This document shows positions 25,334-33,797 of a stretch of 56,320 nt of DNA, one piece after another (position 1 is the stretch's first letter; every line of letters starts with the position of its first letter). The position numbers were made by a program, and so were the translations under genes. Where the stretch lies: positions 1-56,320 of the forward strand of contig CANIID010000002.1 of assembly GCA_947467315.1 (NCBI GenBank). Reading direction: 5' to 3'. Origin of the DNA: Betaproteobacteria bacterium (GTDB lineage: Bacteria; Pseudomonadota; Gammaproteobacteria; Burkholderiales; SG8-41). Under the pieces are notes generated by a model. It made no database searches and was not told the DNA's origin. It worked only from the letters and a program-made list of their open reading frames with translations.

Positions 25334-27073
25334 ATGAACCCAATGAAAAGCGAAGTACGCGACGGTATGCACATCGATTGGGATGCGCCGATCACCATGG
25401 ACGATGGCCTCGTGATGCGCGCTGATGTGTTCCGGCCTTTAACAGATGGCAAACACCCGGTGATTTTGACCTACGGCCCCTACGCCAAGGGGCTTGATTT
25501 TAAAGAAGGCTACAAAAGCCAGTGGGCGCGCCTCATCAAAGCGGTGCCTGAAACGCTTGAGGGTTCGAGCAACAAGTATCAAAACTGGGAACTGGTCGAT
25601 CCTGAAAAATGGGTGCCCGACGGTTACGTGTGTGTGCGTGTGGATTCGCGCGGCGCAGGCCGCTCGCCCGGCGTACTCGACAGTTGGTCGGCGCGCGAGG
25701 CACTCGATTTTTACCACTGCATCGAATGGGCCGGCACGCAGCCGTGGAGCAACGGCAAAGTCGGCATCAACGGCATTTCGTATTACGCGATGAACCAATG
25801 GCAGGTCGGCGCGCTGCAACCGCCGCATCTGGCCGCGCTGTGCATCTGGGAAGGCGCTTCGGACTATTACCGCGATCTGTCGCGCCACGGCGGCATCCTG
25901 TGTGATTTCTTGAACTCCTGGTACAACCGCCAGGTGTTGAGCGTGCAGTACGGCGTGGGCGATAACGGCGCGCGCAATCCTGTCACCGGCGACACCATCG
26001 CCGGGCCGGAGACTTTTACCGTCGAGCAATTGAAACAGAACCGCGCCGACGTGGATGGCGAAGCGTTGCGTCGACCATTCATCGACGACTACTACCGCGC
26101 GCGCATGCCGGATTTTGCAAAAATCAACGTGCCGCTACTGTCGTCCGGCAACTGGGGCGGGCAAGGTCTGCATCCGCGCGGCAACTTCGAGGGTTACTTG
26201 CGCGCAGCCTCCGAACAAAAATGGCTGGAGGTACACGGCGACACGCACTTCACGCATTTTTACAGTCAGTACGGCGTGGCGTTGCAAAAGAAATTTTTCG
26301 GCCACTTTCTCAAGGGCGAAAACACCGGCTGGGATCAGCAACCGCGGGTGTCGCTCAACGTGCGCTGGCCCGGTGAAAAATTTGCACTGCGCGCTGAAAA
26401 CGAATGGCCGCTCGCACGCACGCAATGGACAAAATACTATTTGCAGCCGGACGATTTCAGTCTCAGCACAGAAACAAAAACATCATATAAAACAATACGT
26501 TACGTAACCAACGGCGATGGCGTGACTTTCCTCTCTGCGCCCATGGCAGCCGATCTCGAAATCACCGGGCCGGTGGCCGCCAAGTTATGGCTGTCATCCG
26601 ACAGCATCGACGCCGACGTGTTCGTTGCGCTGCGCGTGATTGACCCGGCAGGCAAAGAAGTCACGTTCATCGGCTCCAACGACCCACGCACGCCGGTGGG
26701 CCTGGGCTGGTTACGCGCATCGCAACGCAAGTGTGATCCGGTTGAGAGCCGCCCCTACCGACCGTGGCACACGCACGATGAAGCACAGCCGCTGACGCCG
26801 GGCGAGACGGTTGAACTCGATGTCGAAATCTGGCCGACCTCGATTGTGGTGCCGGTGGGCTACCGCATCGCCTTCACCGTGCGCGGCAAAGATTACGAAT
26901 TCGACGGCACCGATGCGGGCGTGGCGCACGCGCCGTATCCGATGAAAGGCGTGGGGCCGTTCACGCACACGCATCCGGTTGATCGGCCGGCGGAGATTTT
27001 CGGCGGCAAAAATACGCTGTATTTCCTGCTGGGAAAAATGCCTTACGTGCTGCTGCCGGTGATACCGGGCTGA
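25334..27073 (+). CDS. CocE/NonD family alpha/beta hydrolase (S15 X-Pro dipeptidyl-peptidase-like)
   Basis: Trimmed to the ATG at 25334, 9 nt after the previous stop. RADVFRP..GKHPVILTYGPY, VRVDSRGAGRSPG, nucleophile elbow GINGISYYA, and a large C-terminal beta domain. Confidence 0.85.
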   Translation: MNPMKSEVRDGMHIDWDAPITMDDGLVMRADVFRPLTDGKHPVILTYGPYAKGLDFKEGYKSQWARLIKAVPETLEGSSNKYQNWELVDPEKWVPDGYVCVRVDSRGAGRSPGVLDSWSAREALDFYHCIEWAGTQPWSNGKVGINGISYYAMNQWQVGALQPPHLAALCIWEGASDYYRDLSRHGGILCDFLNSWYNRQVLSVQYGVGDNGARNPVTGDTIAGPETFTVEQLKQNRADVDGEALRRPFIDDYYRARMPDFAKINVPLLSSGNWGGQGLHPRGNFEGYLRAASEQKWLEVHGDTHFTHFYSQYGVALQKKFFGHFLKGENTGWDQQPRVSLNVRWPGEKFALRAENEWPLARTQWTKYYLQPDDFSLSTETKTSYKTIRYVTNGDGVTFLSAPMAADLEITGPVAAKLWLSSDSIDADVFVALRVIDPAGKEVTFIGSNDPRTPVGLGWLRASQRKCDPVESRPYRPWHTHDEAQPLTPGETVELDVEIWPTSIVVPVGYRIAFTVRGKDYEFDGTDAGVAHAPYPMKGVGPFTHTHPVDRPAEIFGGKNTLYFLLGKMPYVLLPVIPG

Positions 27074-27080
27074 GACAACT

Positions 27081-27839
27081 CTACAGCGCCTGCCCCATCG
27101 GCGTAATCAAAATGTCCTGTACCTGCACATGCGGCGGCGTGGACAGCATGTAGAGCACCGCGTCGGCAATATCCGACGGCAACAGCGGTTGATATTTCTC
27201 GAAATACGATTCGTATTTGAACGTGCCGTGCGTGGCGCGCTCGCGAAACTCGGTCGCCACCAGGCCCGGCGAGATCATGCCGACGCGTATTCTTGTTCCC
27301 TTCACTGCCAATTCCGCGCGCAGGGTATCGGTCAACGCGCGCACGGCAAATTTTGACGCCTGGTAAAACGAAAAATTCGGCACCTGGTCGCGGTGGCTGT
27401 AAATCGACGACAGGTTGATGATCTGCGCTTCGTCCTTGGCGTGCATGCCGCGCAGCGCCTCGCGCACGCACAGGGCAGGCGCGGCGACGTTGATGTGCAA
27501 CGTATCGCACCAATCCTGCCATTGGCCGTTTTCCAGCGTGCTCATCATGCCGGTGCCGGCGTTGTTGACCAGCACATCCACGTCGCCCCACTGGCGCTTG
27601 ATCGCGGCAAACATCGCCAGTACGTCGGCTTCGTTGCCCAGATCAACGGCGCACGCCATCACCTGCGCGCCGCTTTTGCCCAGTTCGGCGGCCAACGCGC
27701 CCAACCGATCACGCCGCCGGGCGGCAATCGCCACTTTCATGCCGATGCCTGCCAGGGCTCGTGCGATGCCTTCGCCGATACCGCCCGAGGCGCCCGTCAC
27801 CAGCGCGATGCGCCCTGCCCACCGTTTGCAGCCTTGCAT
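27081..27839 (-). CDS. SDR family oxidoreductase
   Basis: 252 aa. ALVTGASGGIGEGIA (TGxxxGxG), NNAG, and the catalytic YQASKFAV (YxxxK). Confidence 0.9.
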   Translation of the reverse strand: MQGCKRWAGRIALVTGASGGIGEGIARALAGIGMKVAIAARRRDRLGALAAELGKSGAQVMACAVDLGNEADVLAMFAAIKRQWGDVDVLVNNAGTGMMSTLENGQWQDWCDTLHINVAAPALCVREALRGMHAKDEAQIINLSSIYSHRDQVPNFSFYQASKFAVRALTDTLRAELAVKGTRIRVGMISPGLVATEFRERATHGTFKYESYFEKYQPLLPSDIADAVLYMLSTPPHVQVQDILITPMGQAL

Positions 27840-27903
27840 GTCTATTCTCCCGTTGAATGGCGCTTATAATAAGCGAACACCCCGACCTTCGAGGAGATTG
27901 GAT

Positions 27904-28302
27904 ATGAACGCCCCCGAGATGCAATTTGCAGTCAGCATGGCCAAGGACGCGAAGTTTGAATCCGGCCTGCGGCCATTTCTGGAATACCGGGAACTCGGCA
28001 TCAAGCACGCGACCAACGGGCAGTTCAAGGCGCATGTCATTCGCGTCAAGAAAGGCGAGGACCACACCTCGCTGCATACCACCGGGTTGCACCAGCACCG
28101 CGTCAATTTTCAGATGATCTACATCCTCAAGGGCTGGATCAAATTCACCTACGAAGGGCACGGCGAACACACCTTCGGTCCCGGCGACTGCTGCCTGCAA
28201 CCGCCCGGCATCGTGCACAATGAACTCGATTGCTCGGACGATCTGGAGTTGCTCGAAATCCTTTCCCCGGCCAATTACGAAACCGTTGCGTTGCAGAAGT
28301 AA
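27904..28302 (+). CDS. Cupin domain protein
   Basis: Track ORF 27415-28302 trimmed to the ATG at 27904 (SD GAGGAG). 132 aa with HTTGLHQHRVNFQMIYILKGW and PPGIVHNE cupin motifs. Confidence 0.7.
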   Translation: MNAPEMQFAVSMAKDAKFESGLRPFLEYRELGIKHATNGQFKAHVIRVKKGEDHTSLHTTGLHQHRVNFQMIYILKGWIKFTYEGHGEHTFGPGDCCLQPPGIVHNELDCSDDLELLEILSPANYETVALQK

Positions 28303-28340
28303 CGCCGCAGCCACCGCACCACACTGACTCTGGAGACAGC

Positions 28341-28712
28341 ATGCATTCCGACGTACCCTTTCTCGCCATCAACACTGACAACCTGGACTGGGACGATAAC
28401 GTCACGCTATTTCAGTTGCCCACGGGCGCGCACAAGATTCATCCGAATCTGAAAATCAAAGTGCTGATGCGCGACGACAAGCAAGGCCAGGTGGCGGCGC
28501 TGGTGAAATTTCCGCCGGGTTATGTTGAGCCCGCGCACGAACATGTCACTTCGCATTGCGTCACCGTCATCGAAGGCGAACAACACGTCGCCGGCAAAGT
28601 GCTGAAAAAAGGCGACTTTCATTACGCGCCGCCCAACACGAAGCACGGCCCGTTTTCCTATCCGGTCGGCGGCATCGTGTTTGCGGTGTATCGCTTTCCG
28701 CCTGCGGTGTAA
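28341..28712 (+). CDS. Cupin domain protein (ChrR-C-terminal-like)
   Basis: Trimmed to the ATG at 28341 (SD GGAGA). 123 aa with KFPPGYVEPAHEHVTSHCVTVIEGE, then PPNTKHGP. Confidence 0.65.
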   Translation: MHSDVPFLAINTDNLDWDDNVTLFQLPTGAHKIHPNLKIKVLMRDDKQGQVAALVKFPPGYVEPAHEHVTSHCVTVIEGEQHVAGKVLKKGDFHYAPPNTKHGPFSYPVGGIVFAVYRFPPAV

Positions 28713-28732
28713 TAACGCCAGAGGCGCACGCC

Positions 28733-29716
28733 TCAGTCGGCGCGGGCGCCTGACTCGCGTATCACGCGCTGCCAACGCAGAATTTCTTCTCGCGTGTAGC
28801 GACCCAGTTCCTGCGGTGTGCTGGTCAACGCTTCCGCGCCCTGCGCGGCGAGGCGATTGCGCACCTCGGCGGAATTGATGATGCGCACGATTTCGCCGTT
28901 CAGTCGCTGCACCAGTGCCGCAGGCGTTCCCGCAGGCGCGTAGGTCGCGAACCACGCATTGGCTTCATAGCCCGCCAAGCCAGAGCCGCCGGATTCGCTG
29001 ATCGTCGGCAACTCCGGCGCGGCGGCTGAACGGCGCGCCCCCGTCACCGCCAACCCGCGCAGTCTGCCGCTTTTCACCTGCGGCAGGATCGACAGCATGG
29101 TGGCGAACATCATGTCGGTTTCCGCGCTCATCACGCTGGTGATGGCCGGCGCCGCGCCCTTATACGGCACATGCAGAATTTTCGTGCCGGTCATGTGCGC
29201 AAACAAAATACCCGACAGATGCGTGGATGCGCCGCTGCCGGTTGAGGCAAACGACAGTTGCTTCTTTTTCGCCAATGCCACCAATGCGGAAACAGAATCC
29301 GCCGCCACCGACGGATGCAGCACCAGAATATTCGGTATCGTCGCAATCAACGTGATCGGCGCAAAATCCTTCACCGCGTCGTACGAGAGCTTGGGATACA
29401 AACTCGGATTGGTCACATGCGAGGTGAACGCCATCAGCAGGTTGTAACCATCGGGCGGGCTGCGCGCGACGATTTCACTCGCCACAATGCCGCCGCCGCC
29501 CGGACGATTGTCCACGATCACTTGCTGGCCCCATTGCTCGCCCAGCTTTTGCGCGATGGCGCGCGCAAGGCTGTCTGCACCGCCACCGACCGCGCCGCCC
29601 ACGACATAACGCACGGGGCGAATCGGATAGTTACCGGCGGGCGCGGGCTGCGCTTGCGCCTCGCCTGCGGCTATTATCAAAACCAGAGATATGTATAATT
29701 TATCGTTTAAAAACAT
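28733..29716 (-). CDS. Bug/TctC-family periplasmic solute-binding protein
   Basis: Trimmed to the ATG at 29716 (MFLNDKLYISLVLIIAAGEAQA). NYPIRPVRYVVGGAVGGGAD, HVPYKGAAPAITS, STPQELGRYTREEILRW. Confidence 0.85.
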   Translation of the reverse strand: MFLNDKLYISLVLIIAAGEAQAQPAPAGNYPIRPVRYVVGGAVGGGADSLARAIAQKLGEQWGQQVIVDNRPGGGGIVASEIVARSPPDGYNLLMAFTSHVTNPSLYPKLSYDAVKDFAPITLIATIPNILVLHPSVAADSVSALVALAKKKQLSFASTGSGASTHLSGILFAHMTGTKILHVPYKGAAPAITSVMSAETDMMFATMLSILPQVKSGRLRGLAVTGARRSAAAPELPTISESGGSGLAGYEANAWFATYAPAGTPAALVQRLNGEIVRIINSAEVRNRLAAQGAEALTSTPQELGRYTREEILRWQRVIRESGARAD

Positions 29717-29727
29717 ATACTTATAAT
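29706..29727 (+). repeat. AT-rich 22-nt motif, copy 6 (TTTAAAAACATATACTTATAAT)
   Basis: Same family. Antisense across the start codon of the Bug gene 28733-29716; the CAT at 29714-29716 is that gene's ATG. Confidence 0.6.
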
Positions 29728-29793
29728 ATACCCATACACCGATATGCAGCCCGGTTAATTGCACTGTGTTAGAAATGAACTGCCTCGTTGCAA

Positions 29794-29876
29794 CGAACGC
29801 TCCTTCCCCTTCAGGGGGAAGGTTGGGATGGGGGTGGGGTTACACCCGTCGCCCCATCCCCACCCTAACCCTCCCC
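29794..29876. repeat. G/C-rich REP-like inverted repeat (about 35-bp arms)
   Basis: tccccttcagggggaaggttgggatgggggtgggg pairs with ccccatccccaccctaaccctccccttgaagggga (about 5 mismatches, 12-nt loop). The left arm has four G-runs of at least 3 (G-quadruplex-type pattern). Confidence 0.65.
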
Positions 29877-29913
29877 TTGAAGGGGAGGGAAACAAATAAG
29901 TGACACAGTACAG

Positions 29914-30885
29914 TTAATTGTTCGGCTTTATCCCCGCTTGCCGGATCACCTTGGTCCACACGTCGATTTCAGTTTGCAAAAATTGCCGCAGCTCATCCGG
30001 CGTATTGCCGATCGGATCGCCACCCTGCCCCACCAATTGCTCCACCACCGCAGACGACTTCAACGCCTGCACCGCGCTGCGATGCAAAGTGTTGATGACA
30101 GACGCCGGTGTACGCGCCGGTGCGAACAAGGCATACCAGGTGCTTGCGCGAAAACCCGGCAGCGAGGCCGCTTCGGCCACCGTCGGAATATCCGGCGCGG
30201 CGCGCGTGCGCGCGGCGGTGGTCACGGCGAGCCCGCGCAACTGCCCTGAGCGCACATGCGGCAACGCGGGCAGCGTGCTGGTGCAGACCATTTGTATCTG
30301 CGCGCCGAGCAAATCAATCAACGCCTGACCCGCGCCCTTATACGGGATGTGCAGCATTTTGATACCGGTGCGGTAGCTCAGCATCTCGTTCGCAAGATGC
30401 CCGCTGGTGCCCTGACCTGAAGAGCCATACGTCAAACTGTTCGGCTTGGCCTTCGCCATTGCAATTAATTCGGGCAGTGTTTTGGCGGGCAGTGAAGCCG
30501 GCACCACAATAATCAACGGCGTATCCACGGCGAGCGTAATCGGTGAAAAATCCTTCAGCGCATCGTACGGCGCTTTGGTCAGCAGCCCCGCGTTCACCGC
30601 CAGCGTGGTGGCCAGCATGCCCACCGTGTAACCGTCGGGCGCAGCACGCGCCACGATCTCGCTGCCCAGCACCGTGCCGCCGCCCGGTCGCGTATCGATC
30701 ACGATGGATTGCCCCAGTGTCTCCGTCATTTTCGCGCCCATCAGACGCCCGATGATGTCCGCCGCGCCGCCGGCGGAGAACGGCACGATCATGCGGATCG
30801 AGCGCGCGGGGTAGCTATCGGCGGCGTGTGCCGAGGCACACGCGCAGGCCGCCACCCATAGTGTGAAGCGTGATGTGTGTTTCAT
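29914..30885 (-). CDS. Bug/TctC-family periplasmic solute-binding protein
   Basis: Trimmed to the ATG at 30885 (MKHTSRFTLWVAACACASAHA). SYPARSIRMIVPFSAGGAAD, HIPYKGAGQALID, NTPDELRQFLQTEIDVW. Confidence 0.85.
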   Translation of the reverse strand: MKHTSRFTLWVAACACASAHAADSYPARSIRMIVPFSAGGAADIIGRLMGAKMTETLGQSIVIDTRPGGGTVLGSEIVARAAPDGYTVGMLATTLAVNAGLLTKAPYDALKDFSPITLAVDTPLIIVVPASLPAKTLPELIAMAKAKPNSLTYGSSGQGTSGHLANEMLSYRTGIKMLHIPYKGAGQALIDLLGAQIQMVCTSTLPALPHVRSGQLRGLAVTTAARTRAAPDIPTVAEAASLPGFRASTWYALFAPARTPASVINTLHRSAVQALKSSAVVEQLVGQGGDPIGNTPDELRQFLQTEIDVWTKVIRQAGIKPNN

Positions 30886-31006
30886 TTTGGCTTTGCGTGA
30901 CGTCTGTTTTCCAATCGGGGCGTTCTCGTGCATGGCACACGGGAAACGAATGTTATTCTACCGTTTTGGCTCCCCCTACAAATCTGTCGCGCAACACCGG
31001 ACCATC

Positions 31007-32023
31007 ATGACCGCGAAACCCCAAAGGCACTTTCCCCTCTATGCCGTCGCAGCCGTCGCAGCGATCGCATCACCGTTGCAAGCGCAAACCCGCACGGACA
31101 AGCCGCCCGCGTCTTCTCTCACGCCGCCGCTCACGCAACCCATCCGCTTTGTAGTGCCCAACGCACCCGGCGGCCCCACGGATACCGTGGCGCGCATCGT
31201 CGGGCAAAAACTGGCCGAACGCGTGGGCGTGCCGGTGGTGATCGACAATCGTGGCGGCGCCACCGGCACCGTCGGCGGCGACATCGTGGCGAAATCCGCG
31301 CCGGACGGACGCACGCTGTTGCTGTCCAGCAGCAGCGCGTTTGTCTCGACGCCGATTCTGATGCCCAACGCACCCTACGATGGTCGGCGTGACTTTGCGC
31401 ATGTCACCGCGATTTTATCCGTGCCGTATTTGTTATTCGTGAATCCCACACTGGGCGCCAAATCCGTCACCGACCTCATCGCGCAAGCGAAAGCAAAACC
31501 CGGCGTGCTGAACTTCGGCTCGTCGGGCGCGGGCAGCACGTCTCATTTGACCGCCACGTTGTTCACCACCATGGCCGGCATCACCGTTACGCATGTGCCG
31601 TATAAAGGCAGCGCGCCCGCAGGGATTGACCTCATCGCGGGTCAACTGCAATTTATTTTCGAGGCCACGGCGGGTGGCATGCCGTTGTTGAAAAGCGGCC
31701 GCTTGCGCGCGCTGGGTATTTCATCCGCCAAGCGGCTGGGGCTACTGCCCGATCTGCCGACCATCGCCGAGGCCGGATTGCCGAACTATGAATCCAGCGT
31801 CACGCACGGCGTATGCGTCACCGCCAAAACGCCGCCTGCGCTGGTCACACGGCTGAATCGCGAACTGGTGGCATCCATCAACAGCCCCGACATACGCGAG
31901 CGCCTGACGGGCATCGGCGCGGAAGTCATCGCGAATTCGCCAGAGGAATTTCAGGCGGCCACGCGCTTGGAAATGAAGCGGTGGGAGAAGGTGGTGCGGG
32001 ATTTTGCGGCTAAGGGTGGATGA
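31007..32023 (+). CDS. Bug/TctC-family periplasmic solute-binding protein
   Basis: Trimmed to the ATG at 31007 (MTAKPQRHFPLYAVAAVAAIASPLQA). QPIRFVVPNAPGGPTD, HVPYKGSAPAGID, NSPEEFQAATRLEMKRW. The start is uncertain, with alternative ATGs at 30950 and 30932. Confidence 0.8.
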   Translation: MTAKPQRHFPLYAVAAVAAIASPLQAQTRTDKPPASSLTPPLTQPIRFVVPNAPGGPTDTVARIVGQKLAERVGVPVVIDNRGGATGTVGGDIVAKSAPDGRTLLLSSSSAFVSTPILMPNAPYDGRRDFAHVTAILSVPYLLFVNPTLGAKSVTDLIAQAKAKPGVLNFGSSGAGSTSHLTATLFTTMAGITVTHVPYKGSAPAGIDLIAGQLQFIFEATAGGMPLLKSGRLRALGISSAKRLGLLPDLPTIAEAGLPNYESSVTHGVCVTAKTPPALVTRLNRELVASINSPDIRERLTGIGAEVIANSPEEFQAATRLEMKRWEKVVRDFAAKGG

Positions 32024-32082
32024 CCCTCTCCCCTACCCCTCTCCCGCAAGCGGGAGAGGGTGGCCGTGAGGCCGGGAGAGGG
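32024..32082. repeat. REP-like nested palindrome
   Basis: ccctctcccctaCCCCTCTCCCGCaaGCGGGAGAGGGtggccgtgaggccgggagagggc: an inner 11-bp palindrome plus outer ccctctcc/ggagaggg arms. Lies between convergent genes. Confidence 0.55.
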
Positions 32083-32106
32083 CACCAACAATCGTAACTG
32101 AGGCGC

Positions 32107-33738
32107 TCACTGCCGCACCCCACTCTCCGTCAACACAATCTCCTTAGTCACCGAGCGCGTATGCGCCGACACCGGCACAAACACCGAATGTGACCCCGGC
32201 CCACCGGCGACGATGATACTGATGTCGTCCGCCTTCTCGGAAATCGGCACCATCGTCTCCGGCCCGATCTCGCCCAGCTCCGCGCGCCGGCCCGTGGCCA
32301 TGCGCTCGAACTCGCTGCCTTTAGAACGATCCGCGCGTATTTTTGACTGCTCCCATAGACGGCGCTTTACCTCCGCCTTGCTCCAACCCTCACGGTGAAA
32401 CAGCGCCGCGTGCTGCGGTGACAACAACACAAACGGCGCGCCGCCGTAGATGTAGTCGCTGCTCGCCGGATACTGCATGGTGTCGGCAATCATCGCGATT
32501 ACTTCTTCGCCGCGTTTCGCGGTCATGTTCATGCTCCACGTGCCGAGCGCGCCGACCACCGTGACGGTGTTCGCATCACGCGCAAAACCGCGCTCCACAT
32601 GCAGCGGCTCCCACGGATTCGCATCCTCGTTTTCCGCGCAGCAGAAGGTGTATTTCGCCGGCTGGCCCTGCGTGGCTTTGTCCATCTCGCCCGGCCATGC
32701 GCCCCCAATGTTGAGCAGCATCAGCCGCAGCGCGCGTCCCAGCGTCGCGTTCGCCCACGTGCCCGGCCCCAGACAACCGGCGCCACTATTCACCTCCAGC
32801 CACTTCGCAATCGGCCCATTGACGATCAGCCACACCGCCGCCGGATTGGTGGTGGACTGTATCGCCTGCAAATGAAATTGCGATTTGCCCACCGCCTCTG
32901 CCGCCGCAATCAGCACCGGCATATATTCGGGATAACAGCCCGCCATCACGCCGGCTATCGCGATGTATTCCACCGTAGCCGCGCCCATGCCCGGCGCAAT
33001 AGTCGCCACCACGTCATGCGGTGCGCGGTTCGTGTGACGCAACATGCGCGCCACGGCTTCCTGCGTCGGCGGCGCGATAATCAAACCATCGCCCCAGCGC
33101 CGCTGCATGTAAAACTTGTTGAGTTCGCCCAGATCAGCCGGCGCCTCGATCAGCTTCGCGCGCGGCGCCGTTGCGGCCACTGCCGCCGTGGCGGAACCGG
33201 CCGGCGCGGCCTCGCACAACAGCCGCGCGATGTCGTCCACGCACTTCGCGGCTATCTCCTTCAACTCCGCGCGCGAGCGCGTGCCAAACGGATGCGGTAT
33301 CAGTGCCATCGGCAAATCCGGCGAACCCAAAGCCTTTTGTTGCGCGCGGCCCAAACCCACGAAACTCTGCGACACCACCGTCAGCGCCGCCTTACCGCGC
33401 TTACCCGCTTCTACGCTGTCGTGGATACTCCACGACGTGCAAGAGCCTCAGTCACCCGAGCCGGTAATAATCGCGTCCGTCTGCGCCACCAGCTCATTCA
33501 TCGCTGCTTCGGACAAGCCCTGCGACGCGCTGCGCTTGCGCTGCTTGATCACCGCTTTCACGCCATGCTTTTCGATCAGCAACTGTGACAGGTCTTCAAC
33601 CAGATAATTGAAATTCGGCTTGGAGTTGTCGATGAAGCCAATGGTTTTGCCGGCCAGGTTGTCGAGTGATTGGCGGGATTTTTGCGGTTGGGTGAGGCAG
33701 GGGGCTACGGGGTCGTAGACAAGCGTGCTGCTGGACAT
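32107..33738 (-). CDS. Candidate UGSC-family (seleno)protein fused to a large uncharacterised C-terminal domain; in-frame TGA at 33448-33450 read as Sec
   Basis: Track ORFs 33448-33780 and 32107-33378 are in the same frame, with no other stop between them. Across the TGA the peptide reads ...DAIITGSGD-U-GSCTSWSIHDSVEAGKRG.... The start is taken as the ATG at 33738 (SD AGGAG, 6-nt spacing). The 69 nt between the TGA and the next possible start keep a coding-like third-position GC bias. A SECIS-like hairpin follows the TGA. Confidence 0.55.
33410..33445 (-). promoter_or_regulatory. Putative bacterial SECIS hairpin
   Basis: On the minus strand, 11 nt after the UGA: GUCGUGG-AGUAU-CCACGAC, a 7-bp perfect stem with a 5-nt apical loop containing GU. 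It can be extended by GC/GC and further pairs after a small internal loop. Confidence 0.4.
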
Positions 33739-33797
33739 GAATACTCCTGAGACAAGGTGGTTGTTGGTGACGTGCCTCAAATTTTAGCCCGGAAACG

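Noticed and set aside
33448-33450. Reading the TGA as an ordinary stop, giving a 96-aa protein and a separate 423-aa protein.
   Set aside because: This was not adopted as the primary call. The frames coincide, the U-G-S-C context matches a named selenoprotein family, the next 69 nt look coding with no RBS, and a hairpin follows. It remains a live alternative (confidence in the Sec reading is about 0.55) until sel genes and homolog alignments are checked.
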